The position numbers were made by a program, and so were the translations under genes. Below are positions 12,989 through 27,323 of a stretch of DNA of 64,000 nucleotides, piece after piece (within the stretch, counting starts at the first letter, position 1; the number at the start of each line of letters is the position of its first letter). Location: NCBI GenBank assembly GCA_051294905.1, contig CM119372.1:5830001-5894000 (forward strand), given 5' to 3'. This DNA is from Botryllus schlosseri (lineage: Eukaryota). Below the pieces are notes generated by a model. The model searched no databases. It had not been told where the DNA came from and saw only the letters and a program-made list of their open reading frames with translations.

Positions 12989-14365
12989 GATTAGATAGTG
13001 TACTGTACAGGCAGTTGGTTTTGTTTCGATTGAATTCGCTTTACGATTTCGTTGTAAATTCAGTTTTAATCTTGCTTTTGGTGGAACAGAGTGTATATTG
13101 AACATTTTGTTACTTCCTTTTGAAAAGAAAGACCAAACTAAAACATTTTCTATGGTTAACTCCATTCTAGAGATATTCAGACATGACGATGTAAAAACCA
13201 CCACAGACAAAATCTGAAAATTACAAATGTGGTGAATTCTTGTGTGGGATTGTCTCGTCCTTTACATTTAATTAAACCAATTATTACTTGATCAGCTGTC
13301 TTCTTCGCAATATATTGCCTCGCTCCTAATTTGTCGTTTCTTGGTATGTTATAGTTGCTGTCCTATAGCTGTGTTGCGTATAGTGCTCGTTTTCAGTTAA
13401 TAAAACCCGTGGTTACTCTGTGAAATAAAGGTCATCACAACAAAAAATAGGTTATTTTAGCGAATGTCAAAAATAAACATGCCTGGGTAGTGGGTATAGA
13501 TGCAATGTGTGTTGCCGAGATTCGCCCTTAATTAAATCAACATTCTGTTTTATTTCTGCAGTTGATGAAATCTACGATTATGAAAAAACAAAGGCCCGTA
13601 AATCCAAAAATGTTCTATAGGGGATCTTATGAAAGGAGCTTAAGAACAAATGGTTGTTTAAAACATGTTTTAAACAGCGTTTTGAACAAAGGCCTTTAGA
13701 AAAAATAAAAACATGTTTTTCAAGTTGTAAAATTATGCCATAAATGCCGTCGTATACGATATAGCCAACTTGTATGATATGAGATCGTTGAAACCCTCAT
13801 ATTAGTCGGTTCAACAGCTATAGTACGTAGATATTTCGCCAAAGGAGCTATACTCACCTTATATTTTCAATTGTCAATCTCAAACCATTATGACGTCACA
13901 ATTGAATATACATTATATTTCGATATCCCCGTAGAATAATGCATTCCGGTTTTTTCTATATCTGGAAACATTCCATTCTGATCCCATACACGATTATTTA
14001 TATTAACAAGTAATCTCACCGAATGATTCTAATTTAGGTCATTGAGTCCCTGCATTTGGTATTCTCTACTATAGATAACTATGTTTGAAAAATCATGACT
14101 TGAATCCCTTCATATTGTGCAGAGAGGTTTGTAAAGTTACCAGATGTTTTTTGTGATAAATCATTATCCTGTAATAAATTCAATACGACGCGCTTCGTAA
14201 CAACTGACCAAGGGTATTTTAGAGATTAAAATTCAGGTCAACATATAGCAGTTAAACTATGTAGCTATGCGAAACCAAGAAATTAAACGAAAATAACGTC
14301 CAATTTGACATGTATAGATAATGGCGATATACATTTTTCCATCCGAAATGAAATGAATTTTACAG

Positions 14366-14428
14366 CCATTACCTGCGAAACATCCCCGGGTGTATTGAAC
14401 GGGATCATAGCAGATGGCTGTGGCAGTG
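14366..14428 (+). pseudogene. Truncated Sushi pseudo-exon F
   Basis: tacag|CCATTACCTGCGAAACATCC..., ITCETSPGVLNGIIADGCGS, after which homology stops. Confidence 0.8.
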
Positions 14429-14723
14429 ATAAAAATACTGCTGAAAAATGAGATGATGATACTATATCACATATAAGTTGCTGGGTAGTCTAATTCTCCG
14501 CAGAAAGTATGTATTACATAAAACCGAATAAAGTTCAGTGTACATTTGTTTTAACGACATATAGGTTAATATTAAAACGATTCGATGAAAACTTGACTAT
14601 CAACTTTAATGTTATTTTGAATCCTCAATTTTCAATTTCTTATTTGTTGGTTCATGTTCATATATAGATGTATAAAAACATTGAATTCGCAATATCTCAT
14701 TTAATATAACATAAATTTCACAG

Positions 14724-14938
14724 CCATTACCTGCGAAACACCCCCGAATATACTGAACGCGATCATAGCGAATGGATGTGGTAGTGGAAGTCTATTAGAT
14801 GCAACATGTTCAGTAACTTGTAATGATGGTTACTATATTGGGGGGGGGGGGATGAAGAGGTCACGTGTGTCGATACGCCTGGATCAGATGATACAAACAG
14901 TGTAGGCGAATGGGACTACGGCGGCATACTGTGTACAT
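14724..14938 (+). pseudogene. Sushi pseudo-exon G
   Basis: A 12-G run (14840-14851) adds 5 nt and shifts the frame; the donor reads ACAT|ttacct instead of ACAG|gtaact. Confidence 0.85.
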
Positions 14939-15049
14939 TTACCTGAGACAATGAGTTGGTTTATAACCGTTATTTCATGTTACTATAATTAGTACAATTT
15001 TCACTATTCTCCGCATACTGAAATAATGGTTATAAAATGAATTTTACAG

Positions 15050-15259
15050 CCATTAACTGCGACACATCTCCGGTCGTTGCGAACGGGATTATAGGAGATG
15101 GGTGTGACAATGGTAGTTCACTCGATGCAGCATGTCCAATAACCTGTAATAATGGTTACTATGTTAGTGGAGATGAAATGGTCACATGTATTGATACGCC
15201 AGGATCAGATGATACAAACAGGGTTGGCAAATGGGACTACGGCGGCACAACGTGTACAG
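15050..15259 (+). CDS. Sushi/CCP exon H (210 bp)
   Basis: Intact splice sites; lies within ORF 15037..15402 (INCDTSPVVANG...GKWDYGGTTCT). Confidence 0.9.
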
Positions 15260-16789
15260 GTAATCGGGCACAGAGGGGTGGTTATTTTCATGTTGCTAAA
15301 CCACACTTAATATTGATAACTTCAGCACCACGCTTCTTGCAACATATTTTAAAATACAAAGGCTGCATGATCTTACACACACGTTTAACAGTATTTGGCT
15401 GAATTCTGAGAACTAGGGGATTGTATTTGATCGCTTTCAGTATCACCATATTGTAGCATGCGAAATTTAGTAATCGAAATGCAGCGTACGTTTTTGTACA
15501 GTTTGAGAATCAGCAATAGGTGGCGCTAAACAGTTATTTGTAGTAGACCACCAAAAATCTTCCTACGATTGGTATGTAATGTACTCATCGATTACTGCGT
15601 GATTCACCATTACGGCGTGAGACAAGCTGTCTAAACCAGTAAATATCTAGAACAGAAGGTAGCTTTGTGATTATCTTTTATCAGTTGCAAAAGTAACTTC
15701 CAGCAAGACGGTACATTCGTGAAGGCGTATCCTCCGATTGTGCACTTGGTAGGTATAGATTCAGTTACTCAGCAGATACGCCCCAGGTAAAACTTGGCTC
15801 CACATTAAGTGCAGATGCATATCATTGTAGTGATTTCTACTGCTTACAACCACAGTGTGCCTGTAATGTAACTCTCGATGTGATTGATTCTGATTCCGCT
15901 ATGAGTTGTTTCCATGTGTGTTTTAAGTGTTGGGAGTTCTGATTTTGTTTCACATACTTGTATGGTGCAAGGAGATTGGCTCTTTGCGGTATCAATTATG
16001 CTGCATTAGTAGCGTTGGGCGGCTCGAATCATGGTCTTTGAATGCCGTTACTGGAATGATTGCCCGGAGAGGACTTCCAGTCGACTCGAAGTCGATATAT
16101 GAGAAATGTGGAATAACCCGTGTCTCCGAATTTCAAGGCACCTATAGTCCTCGGATTTTACTTCGCAAAGCATTGTTGAATTCCCAGCCGCACTAGAAAG
16201 GACTACTTCATCAATACTATATAAGATTTTCCAATTCCATCCATCTTCCCTATAAATGCTTAATTTCGTAGGTGACATCGCAGACAAGTCCTTTCGGCAT
16301 CGCCTTCACTGCAGTTATAATGGCTTTAACTGACATTGTATTATTGGTATTATTGGTATTATATTGATATTATTGTATTTTCATTACGAACAGCATACAT
16401 GATTTTTCATTACAACTAATTCAGAGCGAGCTTTAGATGTTCGCTTAAACTGATGTGATCTTACGGATGAAAAAATGTTAATTCATGAAACAGTATTGAT
16501 GAGTAATCGAAGTCTGCAGGAAAGATATGTGAGCACACTATTGCATCAATACCGAAAGCTATTCCGGTACTAAAATCTGTCATACGTCGCGCCTTGTAGT
16601 TCGTTAGGTACAATAAATAGTTCATGCGAACGAATTAAAAATGACTCGTCAAATATAATAACTTTTTATCACTCCTCGTTGAACCAAGCAATTACTCTTT
16701 TCATTGCCTCTTAGTTGGTGATATGTGTTTGTTTGTTGTGTGGTATTCATGGTGTTTGTCGACCACTATGGTCATTTACACCAGGCCGA

Positions 16790-16998
16790 TATTCTTCTTA
16801 TTTTCCGTAACTGCCGACTTATAGCACGGCCACCTCTAGGCTTTTGTAAGACACCGCTGACGCGGATGAGGTGGCGAGGAGGAGCCTAGGTAAACCTCCA
16901 ACACTTAGGTATCGGAATTCGGAAGTCGACCTCGGTCGGACTCGAAACCGCACCCATTGGTGTTGCAGCCGCGGATTATACCACTGCGCTATCTCGCC
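16790..16998 (-). mobile_element. tRNA-derived SINE
   Basis: Minus strand GGCGAGATAGCGCAGTGG (A box) ... GTTTCGAGTCC (B box), followed by a non-tRNA body. Confidence 0.65.
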
Positions 16999-18075
16999 AC
17001 ACTGGTGATATGTGTTAGTGCGGGCGGATCGCCAAATTCCCTGCTCCAACTCCGATCATATTTCTTCACAATGGAATCCGGCGCCGATCGGGATCCGGGA
17101 AACATAAAAAGATATGGCGGAATTGCAGTCCATGCCCCGCTCTAGTACTGTGACGAACTGAAGTCGTTTGGTGGAAATAATTTCACTATGCCGTCTTAGA
17201 ACATTCAGTAGCAATTTGAGATGAGATTTGTTTAGTTTATTGTTGGTATGATTTTATCCTTTCAAAAAGACCACATGATTTCGATACAATGAAAAGAGAA
17301 TAAAGTGTCCCAACAACTCGGAGTGGCGTTTGAGATCGACGGTTCTGGGCCTTCTATAGAGCAGGCCTGTCAAACTCAAGTTGCATCGCGGGCCTGATTC
17401 GGATCTTCAACTGGCTCGCGGGCCGAACCAGTCACATTATTACATATTGTTACCTAAAAGTCCATGCCTGTGTTGTGCACTTGAATATTCAATTATATAT
17501 CTTATTGATCATAAGGTTCTATTCTATCAACACCTTTACGTGCAAACAATGGAATTGGCAAGATGACGATGATTGGTCGCTTGAATACAGTTATATAAAT
17601 TGATAAACAGTGACTCTAACGACGATATACGTTGGCATATATTGCTGTGATGGCTGTGTTTTAGTCGTAATCTGGAAATAATCCTCTGTACGCGTTATGA
17701 GGAATATCCGAAATTTAACTGTTAACACAGACGTTGAAATTTAGTTCATTATTATTATATCGCTATTCGTGTTTTTCTAGATGTCGAGAAGCTGTTAAGT
17801 CATAAGCGAAAATGAAGTGCCACAACAGATATTTAAAATACATTTTTGCGCAACAATAATGTTCTCTATGTAGCCTGCATATACCGATTTCTAACTGGGG
17901 TTCTCCACAAATCTTTGAGTTCAGTGTGTACTTTTTCGTTCTCGGAATTAAGGTGTCAATGGCAGGTAGTTGTTGCTGATGGCCATTACAGGGAAACTGT
18001 AACACAACTATCGGATGGTTATAATGTGGCCTATGAACATACTCAACATTTTATGTCTTGAGGGATTATTTAATG

Positions 18076-19134
18076 CAGGGGTCAACAACCTTTTTGCAAC
18101 CGAGGGCTACTTTTGCGTAATGATTGAAGCGGCGGGCTACTATTTACTCCCGCCGTTTACCCGCAACACACTGAATCTACGCTTTGATATTCATAGCACT
18201 GGGCAGGACTGGACATAATGTTATCTGTTTCTATAGCAGTCAGTGGGAAGCCTGGCATTGTATGATATCAACTAGTGCGTTGTACACTGGTATTTAACTT
18301 GACACTGCAATTCTAAGTTAGTGTTCCAGATGTGCAATAATTTAGCGTGTTTTGTGTTTGTTTTTGATTAAGTTCATGTCCGAAAAGGCTGATTCACAAC
18401 GATAAGTCGAACAATAGACGCTTGCAACCTTCATAGTTGCTGCGCAAAGTGCGCATACACCACTGTAGTTTTCCGTATCAACAATGCACCAAATGTTTTC
18501 TGCACAGTGAGGTGGGGGTCATTTTGCAGTGTTACAATTTCAATCTCCTACTGTTCAGCATCCAGAAATGACAGGATTTTATTATACCGGACAGCAGCAA
18601 CGATTACAGAAAGTTAGAAACATGGTATATTAAACTGCGTTTAGTGTAACAGAAACAAGCTGTGCCAAAAGATGCAATACGCAATGGGTATACAGTTAGG
18701 CTACTGAAAATCTGCTAGTACTTCACGGCTATCTGAGTCCGAATAGTAATATTGTTTACTACTTTGGCATTGTCCTGGTCGTCGAGATATCGTAACGGAA
18801 CCCCCCACCATTTCAAGAAGACCGTGGACGGCATTCCGTCATGTCACCTGTATAGGCAATACGCCGTATCTTGAATTTCTGGTGATTCTATCACATACAT
18901 CTATATTACTAATTGTAATTGAAGATATTTTCAAGTGTTTATCCACATGTTAGTGTGTTTTAAACAAGAATAGCTGAATCAATCAATCTATATATTTAAA
19001 AGCTCACTGGTAATAATCTGACGAATATTGGTAAATGCTGCTATTCCACCTATTTTTTAGAATGGGCTCGCTGGCTACTCATCTAGTCCTCGCGGGCTAC
19101 CTGGTGCCCGCGGGCACCGGGTTGGTGACCCCTG
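18076..19134. mobile_element. Non-autonomous hAT element
   Basis: CAGGGGTCAACAACC / GGTTGGTGACCCCTG; perfect TSD ATTTAATG. Confidence 0.9.
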
Positions 19135-20690
19135 ATTTAATGAAAGTATTTCTTACTAAAATACTGAACGTTCCTCAGAAATGTGCTGGATACTCCATAG
19201 TCCGTTCTCAGGATCGCTTCGCGGGCTGGATGAGATTATCTGGCGGGTCTTTAGAGAGTCTTTAGACTATGACTATGTATAAAGATAATTCATGCACACC
19301 GATTTAAAAAGTAACGCAAAAAGGACAAGCAATAAGAATGAGGTGGCATATATTGGAAGGCGAGGTTGATATGTCAGATCGTGACACAGTAATTACTATA
19401 GGCTTCCAGAGCGGAAAATACTATTGGAGCTAATATTTTTTTATTGAAAAACTTCTCTTACCGGCAAGGAGCGCATAATTCGAGTAGGTTACTCGAAAAA
19501 TCATCTGTCACTCGACCCGAATCAATAGAATTATTGCGCGATTCAGATTCAAGTACTCCAATCATTGAGCCCAGTCCTGTGCACGACATAGCACGTGGTT
19601 TATCTGCTTGTAAGTAGCCTACAACAACACTGCACCGTGTCGTGTACGCCACGTGGATACCTGCTATTTATGATGCCATGAAATATCATGACATAAAACA
19701 ATAATCATTGAGGTATTGCGGCAACCATGTCTATAAAGCTCCCAGCATCCATTATTTCTATGACTTTAATCTCTCTGACTGGACATAAGTATTGCACTCA
19801 CTGTTTTAGAAGCTATCATATTATCAGGGATCAGTGATAACACATTCTAAACATGTTGAAATAAAGATCTCAGATACAATGACTATTCGGGGATGTATCA
19901 TAATTACTGCACTGCTCATATCGTGCAGTGACTCGACGACAGGTACGTTACCGTTATAAAACCATTTCTCAAAGTATAGTTTTAGTGTCGGTGTTTGCAC
20001 AAGTACGGATGGTTTGGAAACTTAAATTGAAACTTGCTTATGCATGGCAACATCACGGTTGGCTATTTTGGGTGGAATTTTGCATGGCGTTGGACTGTGA
20101 TTTTCAACCGATGTGTCACTGACGACCGTCAGGTGTTATGCTAATAATTTATGACTAGTCGCTTGTTTCTGTAGTTTACAATTTAACACCGAACGAAAAT
20201 CATTAGTTAACTGATGTTAACAGATTTTCTTCGTGACATTTTTCATTCAATATCGACAGCTTGAAAGGTCGAATCATTGTTACGCAATAGTCGATACGTA
20301 ACCCCACGTTGATTATTTCAATGCATATAGCTGAGCTTGAGTTCGAGGCTCATTTGCAATGCCGGATTTCATTACTCCCGCAATTGACAGTTAGCAGCTC
20401 ATAAAAGAGGACCGTTATTTTAAATATTCCAATGACGGACGTAGCTGTTAAAGTTGTGGGTATAATAGAGAAAGTGCTTCCACCTAATGCACATCGCCGC
20501 ACTTGTTGTATAGTTAAACATCAAAACAAACCTGGAATTTGCTTCGGATACATCCCGAATCATCCATCCAATTTAATAGTAAACAAATTCCAGAGGTAAG
20601 ATTTACTTCTTACGATTGATTCAAATTTACTCTTCGATACAAAATCCTGACTTTGTGTCTCATCACGATCAAAGATTCTATGCTCACAAA

Positions 20691-21087
20691 CAATGTTCCC
20701 TCTAAGCTGCGCGCGTGCACGGCCGCGCACAGGTAACAAAGTCGCCATACGCACAGAAAAATCACTTGAAGACGACAGCGGCGAATTTAGGCATACCGTT
20801 TCAGTTCACAAAACTGTTATCATCCACGGATTATACTACTAGACGCTGGATTCGTTATCCTCGCCGGCAGACAGTTATGACGTTAATGGATTTATCAGAA
20901 CCTTTAGACGTGGTGTGAAAGACCATAGTAGCCGAACACCATTTGGAACAATACTAACAACAACAACAACAACAACAACAGAAAAATCTGTGCCGCGCAC
21001 AAAAACCCGAAGTGATGACCCTTTTCATCATTACGCACTGTTGTCCGAGGGACCGGGCAGACTCATGAAAAATTAGAGGGAACATTG
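20691..21087. mobile_element. hAT-like MITE
   Basis: TIR CAATGTTCCCTCTAA; TSD CTCACAAA/TTCACAAA. Confidence 0.85.
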
Positions 21088-22222
21088 TTCACAAACCAGT
21101 GTTGGGATGACTCAAGTCAACTTTTTCAGATGACTTGACTTGACCCGGTGTCTCAAAAATGTGAATTGAATCGTGACTCGAAGCAAAATGTTCGAGTCAA
21201 TTTCAAGTCACCAAGAAATCAACTACGTCTCTCTCAAAACCCTGATATGACCTGTGTGAGCAAACAGTCAGTCAACGATCGCGCAGCCGGATTTTAATCA
21301 GCCTCCGTCGCTAAAGTTGCAGATAAATTGACCACAAACGTAGTGATAACAGCATATGTCATCGTAGAATAGTATTATTCTATATATAGCAGTGTCTTTC
21401 TGTTAAGTGCTAATCTTAACGAAACTATTGGTTAATTAAGATATGACTAATATAGTAAGTTCTACATTTATATAACCCGACAACAATTAGTACAGGTTTA
21501 GATTGTATGGATGTGTTGAATCATATCAATTCGGTTCAACTATCTGAGGTTGCATATTCTATCACCTGTTTGGCGGACAGTACTGACGTGGCCTACATAT
21601 ATGTGACAGTGTTGCGATGACTCGGGTCATGACTCGACTCGAGTCACTTTTTTCGTATGACTTGAATTGACTCGGCTTTTAAGAAATCTGGATTGACTCG
21701 TGACTCGGAGCAGAATTTATGAGTCTATTTCAAGTCATTAAGTAACGCTCTCGATAAAAATGGCTTGCATATATTCGGATTGTTCTCGATACGCTTGTGT
21801 GACCTGTAAGAGTGAGCAATCACTCAATGATTTTGTATTCTACTGAGCATCCATTGTTCGATCACAAATAAATTGACTGCAAACAAATTGATCGGAGCTC
21901 GTAAACAAGTAGTTAAGTAATCTAATGGCAGAGTATTCATCTCTTTTCTATAGAATGCTCATTGTGGTCGGTACCCACCTTAACCAAACCTCTCGTATTA
22001 TTTACATATAATTTTGATGAGGGTAATAAGTTTATATTACTCGTCAACCATCGGGGCAGGCTTAAATTGTACCTCACGGATGTGTAGGTAACTAGTGCAT
22101 TGCATCATATCAATTCGTTTCAACTTTCTAAGGTTTCTCATTGTCTATTTTTGATGATAATTATAGACTGGTGCTATATACAGTTAGCCTACTTGGGTAT
22201 AGTGTAGCAGTTCTACGTATGT

Positions 22223-25200
22223 TAGGGTTGTTCAGAATTGACCGACTTTCAAAAAGTCTAGGTTTTCAGTCCGTTTCCCATGCCTTATACCTTAAAAACA
22301 AATTCTGGCAACTTTTTTTGTAATTCATCCCCTGCATCCGTGTGCACATTGCCGTTTTTTCATGCACCTAAAAATTTCTTTGGAATTAGGGGATTCCCCC
22401 GTTGTCAGTGACTCGACAGGAACGGCGTGTGTTCTCATTGACGCGACGCGTATGTTCTAGCGCTGATGAAGCGCTGAGCAAGGCTGTGAAACGGGGATCA
22501 TTGATTAGTCAGGTGCCTTGCTGCTTTGTTGTTGATGGACTGTGTTTACGATTGAGGTGCAGGACTTATCAGGCGGCGTTTTGACTCATGCTATTAGCGT
22601 GTTTAGCGCGTGATTAATGAACATAGTATTATAGCAGTATACAACTATTTGATATAATAGACCTGATACTCTTTTCCTTTCTACTTGGATAGAAACAAAG
22701 CTTGCAAATGTCTATTCCAGTGACTGGGGAAAACCGCCAGTCGGTTGCTCTAAATTTTTTGTCATATCCCAAAATATCAATATACTGGTATGAGTTTTTC
22801 CAATTTAGGAATAACTATCTTCGATAATCTATAACTGGATCTAATCTAGCTACTCCTGTGCAAGTTATGCAGTATGTGTTCGACCTAAAACTCTAAAAGA
22901 ACTGAAATGTTTTCCACTATTCTTTGTTGCTTGACTGAGTTTATGTATATCTGTTTTTCTAGGATTAGCTGTAGTGCGAAATGTCTGAAAAAAAAAATCG
23001 TCATGTAGTGCAGCAGTACCGAAGAAAACTAGAAGAACACGATCGCAGACACAGCATTTCTTAGTTGGGCCATCTGAGGAAGCCATTACGGGATCGAAGT
23101 TGCCCACTCTGAGGCAAGTTATGCAATATGTGCTACACCTGAGAGAGCATTCATTTTAAAAAAATGAACCAGTCAAGTCACACATCCAGATCGCAGTAGA
23201 TGAAGTGATCGGTTTTTGGTTACTTGCTGGCATAAAGACTATCACAAAAGTCAATGCCACTAAAAGATTGGAAACAGTATGGAAACAATGGCTGTCACTA
23301 AAGAACACTGCAGGCCGGCAATATGTATCAAAAAAACAAAGCGACTTAGAAGCCAAACTGAGTAAGCTATGGGATATAGGAGCCCCTGACGCGATAGCGA
23401 CAATTGAAGCAAGTACACTTCTTTCTGACGATAAAAAACGTGAAGACATAGCATTTTATCAGGATCAAAGGGGTCCGAGATTAGCAACGATCGGTGGCAA
23501 AGATAAAGTGTTGAAAGCGAAAATCATGCTACAAAAGAGACGACCATGAGTGCAAGAGAGTCTGCACCAGCATCAAGTAGCGAAGGTGAATTTACAGAGA
23601 GCTCATCTATATCTTCACAGGTAGTTGACACTTCTCACAGCACTGATTTTGAACTTGCACAGTCGACATCTGGTCATTCCGCTAAATTCGTGACTCTAAA
23701 AGCTGCTGTAAACCTATTCAGCGACGAAGACCTATGCCAGGTTTTTGATCGCTTGAAAGTCAGTGATAATGCCGCTACCATGATAACTGCAGCACTGATT
23801 AAAGCTTGCGATGGCAACCCTAATGACTTCCATCTTTCAAGATCTGAGACCTATCGACGACGCATTGCAAATCGTTTGAAAATTTCCGAATCTATCTTTG
23901 AAAAAATATCCACCAATCCACCAGAGCACATTGCATTGCACTGGGATGGAAAGCTCACTAAGAGTCGTCTAGGATATCAATTTGAGGCCTTGGCAGTGCT
24001 CGCATCGTCTGCGTGTTCCGGCGCATTTAAGAAAGGGAAACTTCTTGGCATTCAAACTCTGGAAAGTGCTACAGGAAAAGCACAGGCTGATGCATCATTT
24101 GAACTGCTGGAACTTAGGAATTTAACAAAATCTGTTAGACCTCTTGTGTTTGACACAACATCCTCAAACACTGGTAAAAACAAAGGTGCGGTTCCGTTAC
24201 TTGAAGAATTGATTAACAGGAAAGTTTTCTACAATGCCTGTCGCCATCATATTTATGAACTGGTCATTCGAGAGGTTTGGAAGTGTTTGTTTGGATCGAC
24301 AACCACAGGCCCTGAAAACACGGATTTTAATACCTTCAAGAAGACGTGGAAACATATTGATAAATCAAGAAGCTATAAAACGCTGAAGTTTATTGAAGGC
24401 AGCTGATTGGCGATGAAAGCTGATGAAGCAAAGCAAGAAATAATTCCACTGATGAAACCCAATGATGGAAAGCAGAAAGAAATCTTGATAAGAGATGACT
24501 ACAGAGAATGTGCAACAGGCACCTTGGCGATTTTGGATGACAAATATGTTGATCATCGTTTTCGCAAGCCTGGTGCTACTCATAGCGCTAGATGGATGAG
24601 TCAAGTCCTGTACTGTCAAAAAATGTTCATGTGGAATGAGCAAATGGACTATTCTGAAGAGTTCATTGAAAAGTTGGAACGAATCAATACATTCATTGCT
24701 TTGTTTTATGTTCCAGCTTGGTTGAAAACTGGTATTGCATGTGACGCACCTTGGAATGATCTCAAATTCCTTCATGACAAGAAAAACTTTTCAATATGCG
24801 ATCTCACTGTTGCTGATGTGGCATACAAGAAATTGCGAAAACATCATTGGTATCTAACTGAGGAAATGGTGGTATTTACCATGTTCTCGGCTAATCCAAA
24901 GATTCCCGACAAACTGAAGGAAGCGATGGCTGCTATATTGCTGAAAATGCCAATCCCTGAAAAATTTCGCAGAGGTATGCCTCTCAGTCTGATCTCTGAC
25001 TCTGTCTCTGAGTCAATGAGTATGGTCGATTTGATTGGGCCAGAATCGTGGTTTCTATTTGATGCTATACATGTGGAACATGATTGGTTGAGTCTTCCAG
25101 TTTCAGAATGGCATACTGATCCAGATTTCGTGACTGCTCAAGAATTTGTGAATACTGTTGAAGTAGTTAATGATTCAGCAGAGCGTATGGTAAAATTGAA

Positions 25201-25854
25201 TACCGTCTATGCTGCGTTCATAACGAATTACAAAAAACAGCAAGCGAGCCTCCTACAAGCTGTGGAAGATCACCGGAACAGATATGCAGATTTCTCGAAA
25301 GCAACCATTTCATCCACCTGATTTATGTAATATTTTGCCTAGTTGATCTCTTTCTTTGCCTTATTTTTTCGTTTCCTGTGATGTTTATTATGTGGCTGTG
25401 AGTGGATGTTACATTTACAGTTGTATTCTCGCACATGGGGATCCAGGAAATTGATGAACAGTGCCGGGTAGGTTTGAGGGGTGTAGGATATGTGATCCAA
25501 CAAAATGACTATCAGTTTTAGGTAGTTTTGAGCAGTTCTAAGGCAGTGTGGGACATGGAATGATATCCTGAACTAGGAATGCCTTATATAGTGGGGTTTT
25601 GTAGCACTCCAAACCGCAACAGCTGCATAAATCCATGTTATATGTCACTTTAACTAGGCTAGGTAAAATCGTGACCCTCTGATTTTAGGGGAATCCCCTA
25701 TTTTCAGCTGCTATTCTTCCAGCTCAATGTGCACACGGATGCAGGGGACGAGTTATAAAAAAAAGTAGCCAGAATATGTTTTTAAGGTATAAGGCATGGG
25801 AATCGGACTGAAAACCTGGACTTTTTGAAAGTCGGTCAATTCTGAACAACCCTA
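22223..25854 (+). mobile_element. Full-length DNA transposon, probably hATm-type, with about 130-bp TIRs
   Basis: TIR TAGGGTTGTTCAGAATTGACCG... (22223-22351 vs 25725-25854); perfect TSD ACGTATGT. Confidence 0.93.
22981..25321 (+). pseudogene. Disabled DDE transposase (hATm-like)
   Basis: Motifs HWDGK, FDTTSSNTG, CRHH, RDDYRE, PGATHSARWM, VVNDSAER. Stops at 23157 and 24404; frameshifts in the A-run near 22990 and near 23545. Confidence 0.85.
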
Positions 25855-25920
25855 ACGTATGTGTTAGCGATACGGATCCTTTTTGCATGTATATTTAACT
25901 ATATACTCGTCCCTCTATTC

Positions 25921-26731
25921 CAGGGGTGGGCAAACGTTTTAGCTCACGGGTCGCATTCAACATTTGAATCTATTCGCAGGCCGCACTATATAAAATTGGG
26001 ATAATAAGCCAAAATCCGATATTGGTATTTGTATATTTAAAACAAACCAAACATTTGATGATAACGTACACGCGCCAGACACATTCACGAAAATTTATAA
26101 TCTGGTCTTCCTGATATTGTCAAAATTTGGGAAGGAAGTCGGTTGTCCCGATTCTTAGAACTGGATGAAAATTTTATTCTGAAAGAGGCGATATGTCCAT
26201 AAATCGGCTTATTATACTTTTAGTTTACCTTTAGGACACACAATGCTGACAGCATCATAACTATGTTACCTTTAAATATGCTTCTACAATATATAGGTGT
26301 TATAAATATAAATACATCTACATATTCAAAGAACGAGTTTATCTAGCACACTCGCGAATCGGTTTTCCCACTTACAGCACTTAAAGTAATAAACTTGCTC
26401 GCGTTGCCAATCTAAAATCACACACGTGGTCCGAATTAGGAAATTCATTTTCTGTGATGTTTAGCGAATGAAACCTTTCAAAATGCAAGGGCCTCAAGGT
26501 CGGGCTATCGCGCCATCAATAAAATACAAAAAATGCTAAGGTAAGAATAGAACTTATCATTATCAAATTGAACTATAATTAGAAAAAGTTTAATCAAGTA
26601 CCCACAGTTAATTTAATTTCCATTACGCATTATAGCAATATTTTTACAACGTTTCTTGACGCTTTCGCTGGCCGCAAAAAACGGTATTGCAGGCCGCATG
26701 CGGCCGGCGAGCCGTAGTTTGTCCACCCCTG
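25921..26731. mobile_element. Non-autonomous hAT element
   Basis: CAGGGGTGGGCAAAC / GTTTGTCCACCCCTG; perfect TSD CTCTATTC. Confidence 0.9.
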
Positions 26732-27150
26732 CTCTATTCCAACTAAATGGCAACTTTTAAACAGCTTTCAAAATGTAATGACGCAATTATGCCCCGTACT
26801 TCGAAAAAAAACTTGTCTTGGATTTTGACTTGACTCGTGACTTTAATTAACTTGACTTGATTTGAATCGACTTGATTTGACTCGACTCGAGTCACCTTTA
26901 AAAATCGATTGACTTGACTTGAATCCAGTCAAAATTTGCAATGACTCGAGATGACTCGAGACTCGAGGGTAGTGACTTGATCCCAACACTGGTACATCGC
27001 CCCGTTAAATGTGAAATTATGGGGTATTCGTTTCTCGATTCATAATTATAGTAATTCAATGCGTACTTCAATCATTTTACAAAATGCAATGGCTTGAATC
27101 ATGCTTCGAACTTCGAAAATTCGACAGGATATTGTGACTTGACGGATTAT

Positions 27151-27323
27151 TTGACTCGACTTGACTCGACTCGACTTGACTCGACTTGACTCGACTTGAC
27201 TCGACTTGACTCGACTTGACTCGACTTGACTCGACTTGACTCGACTTGACTCGACTTGACTCGACTTGACTCGACTTGACTCGACTTGACTCGACTTGAC
27301 TCGACTTGACTCGACTTGACTCG
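27151..27323. repeat. 10-bp minisatellite (TCGACTTGAC)n
   Basis: 15 perfect units at 27171-27320 plus flanking variants. Confidence 0.95.

Noticed and set aside
14840..14851. The G-run as a mere sequencing error in an otherwise functional exon G
   Set aside because: The run length may be wrong, but the splice donor is independently destroyed.
27151..27323. CRISPR-like array, or the 113-aa SSRVKSSQVE ORF (27046..27387)
   Set aside because: There are no spacers; it is a pure 10-bp tandem repeat in eukaryotic TE context, and the ORF is a by-product.
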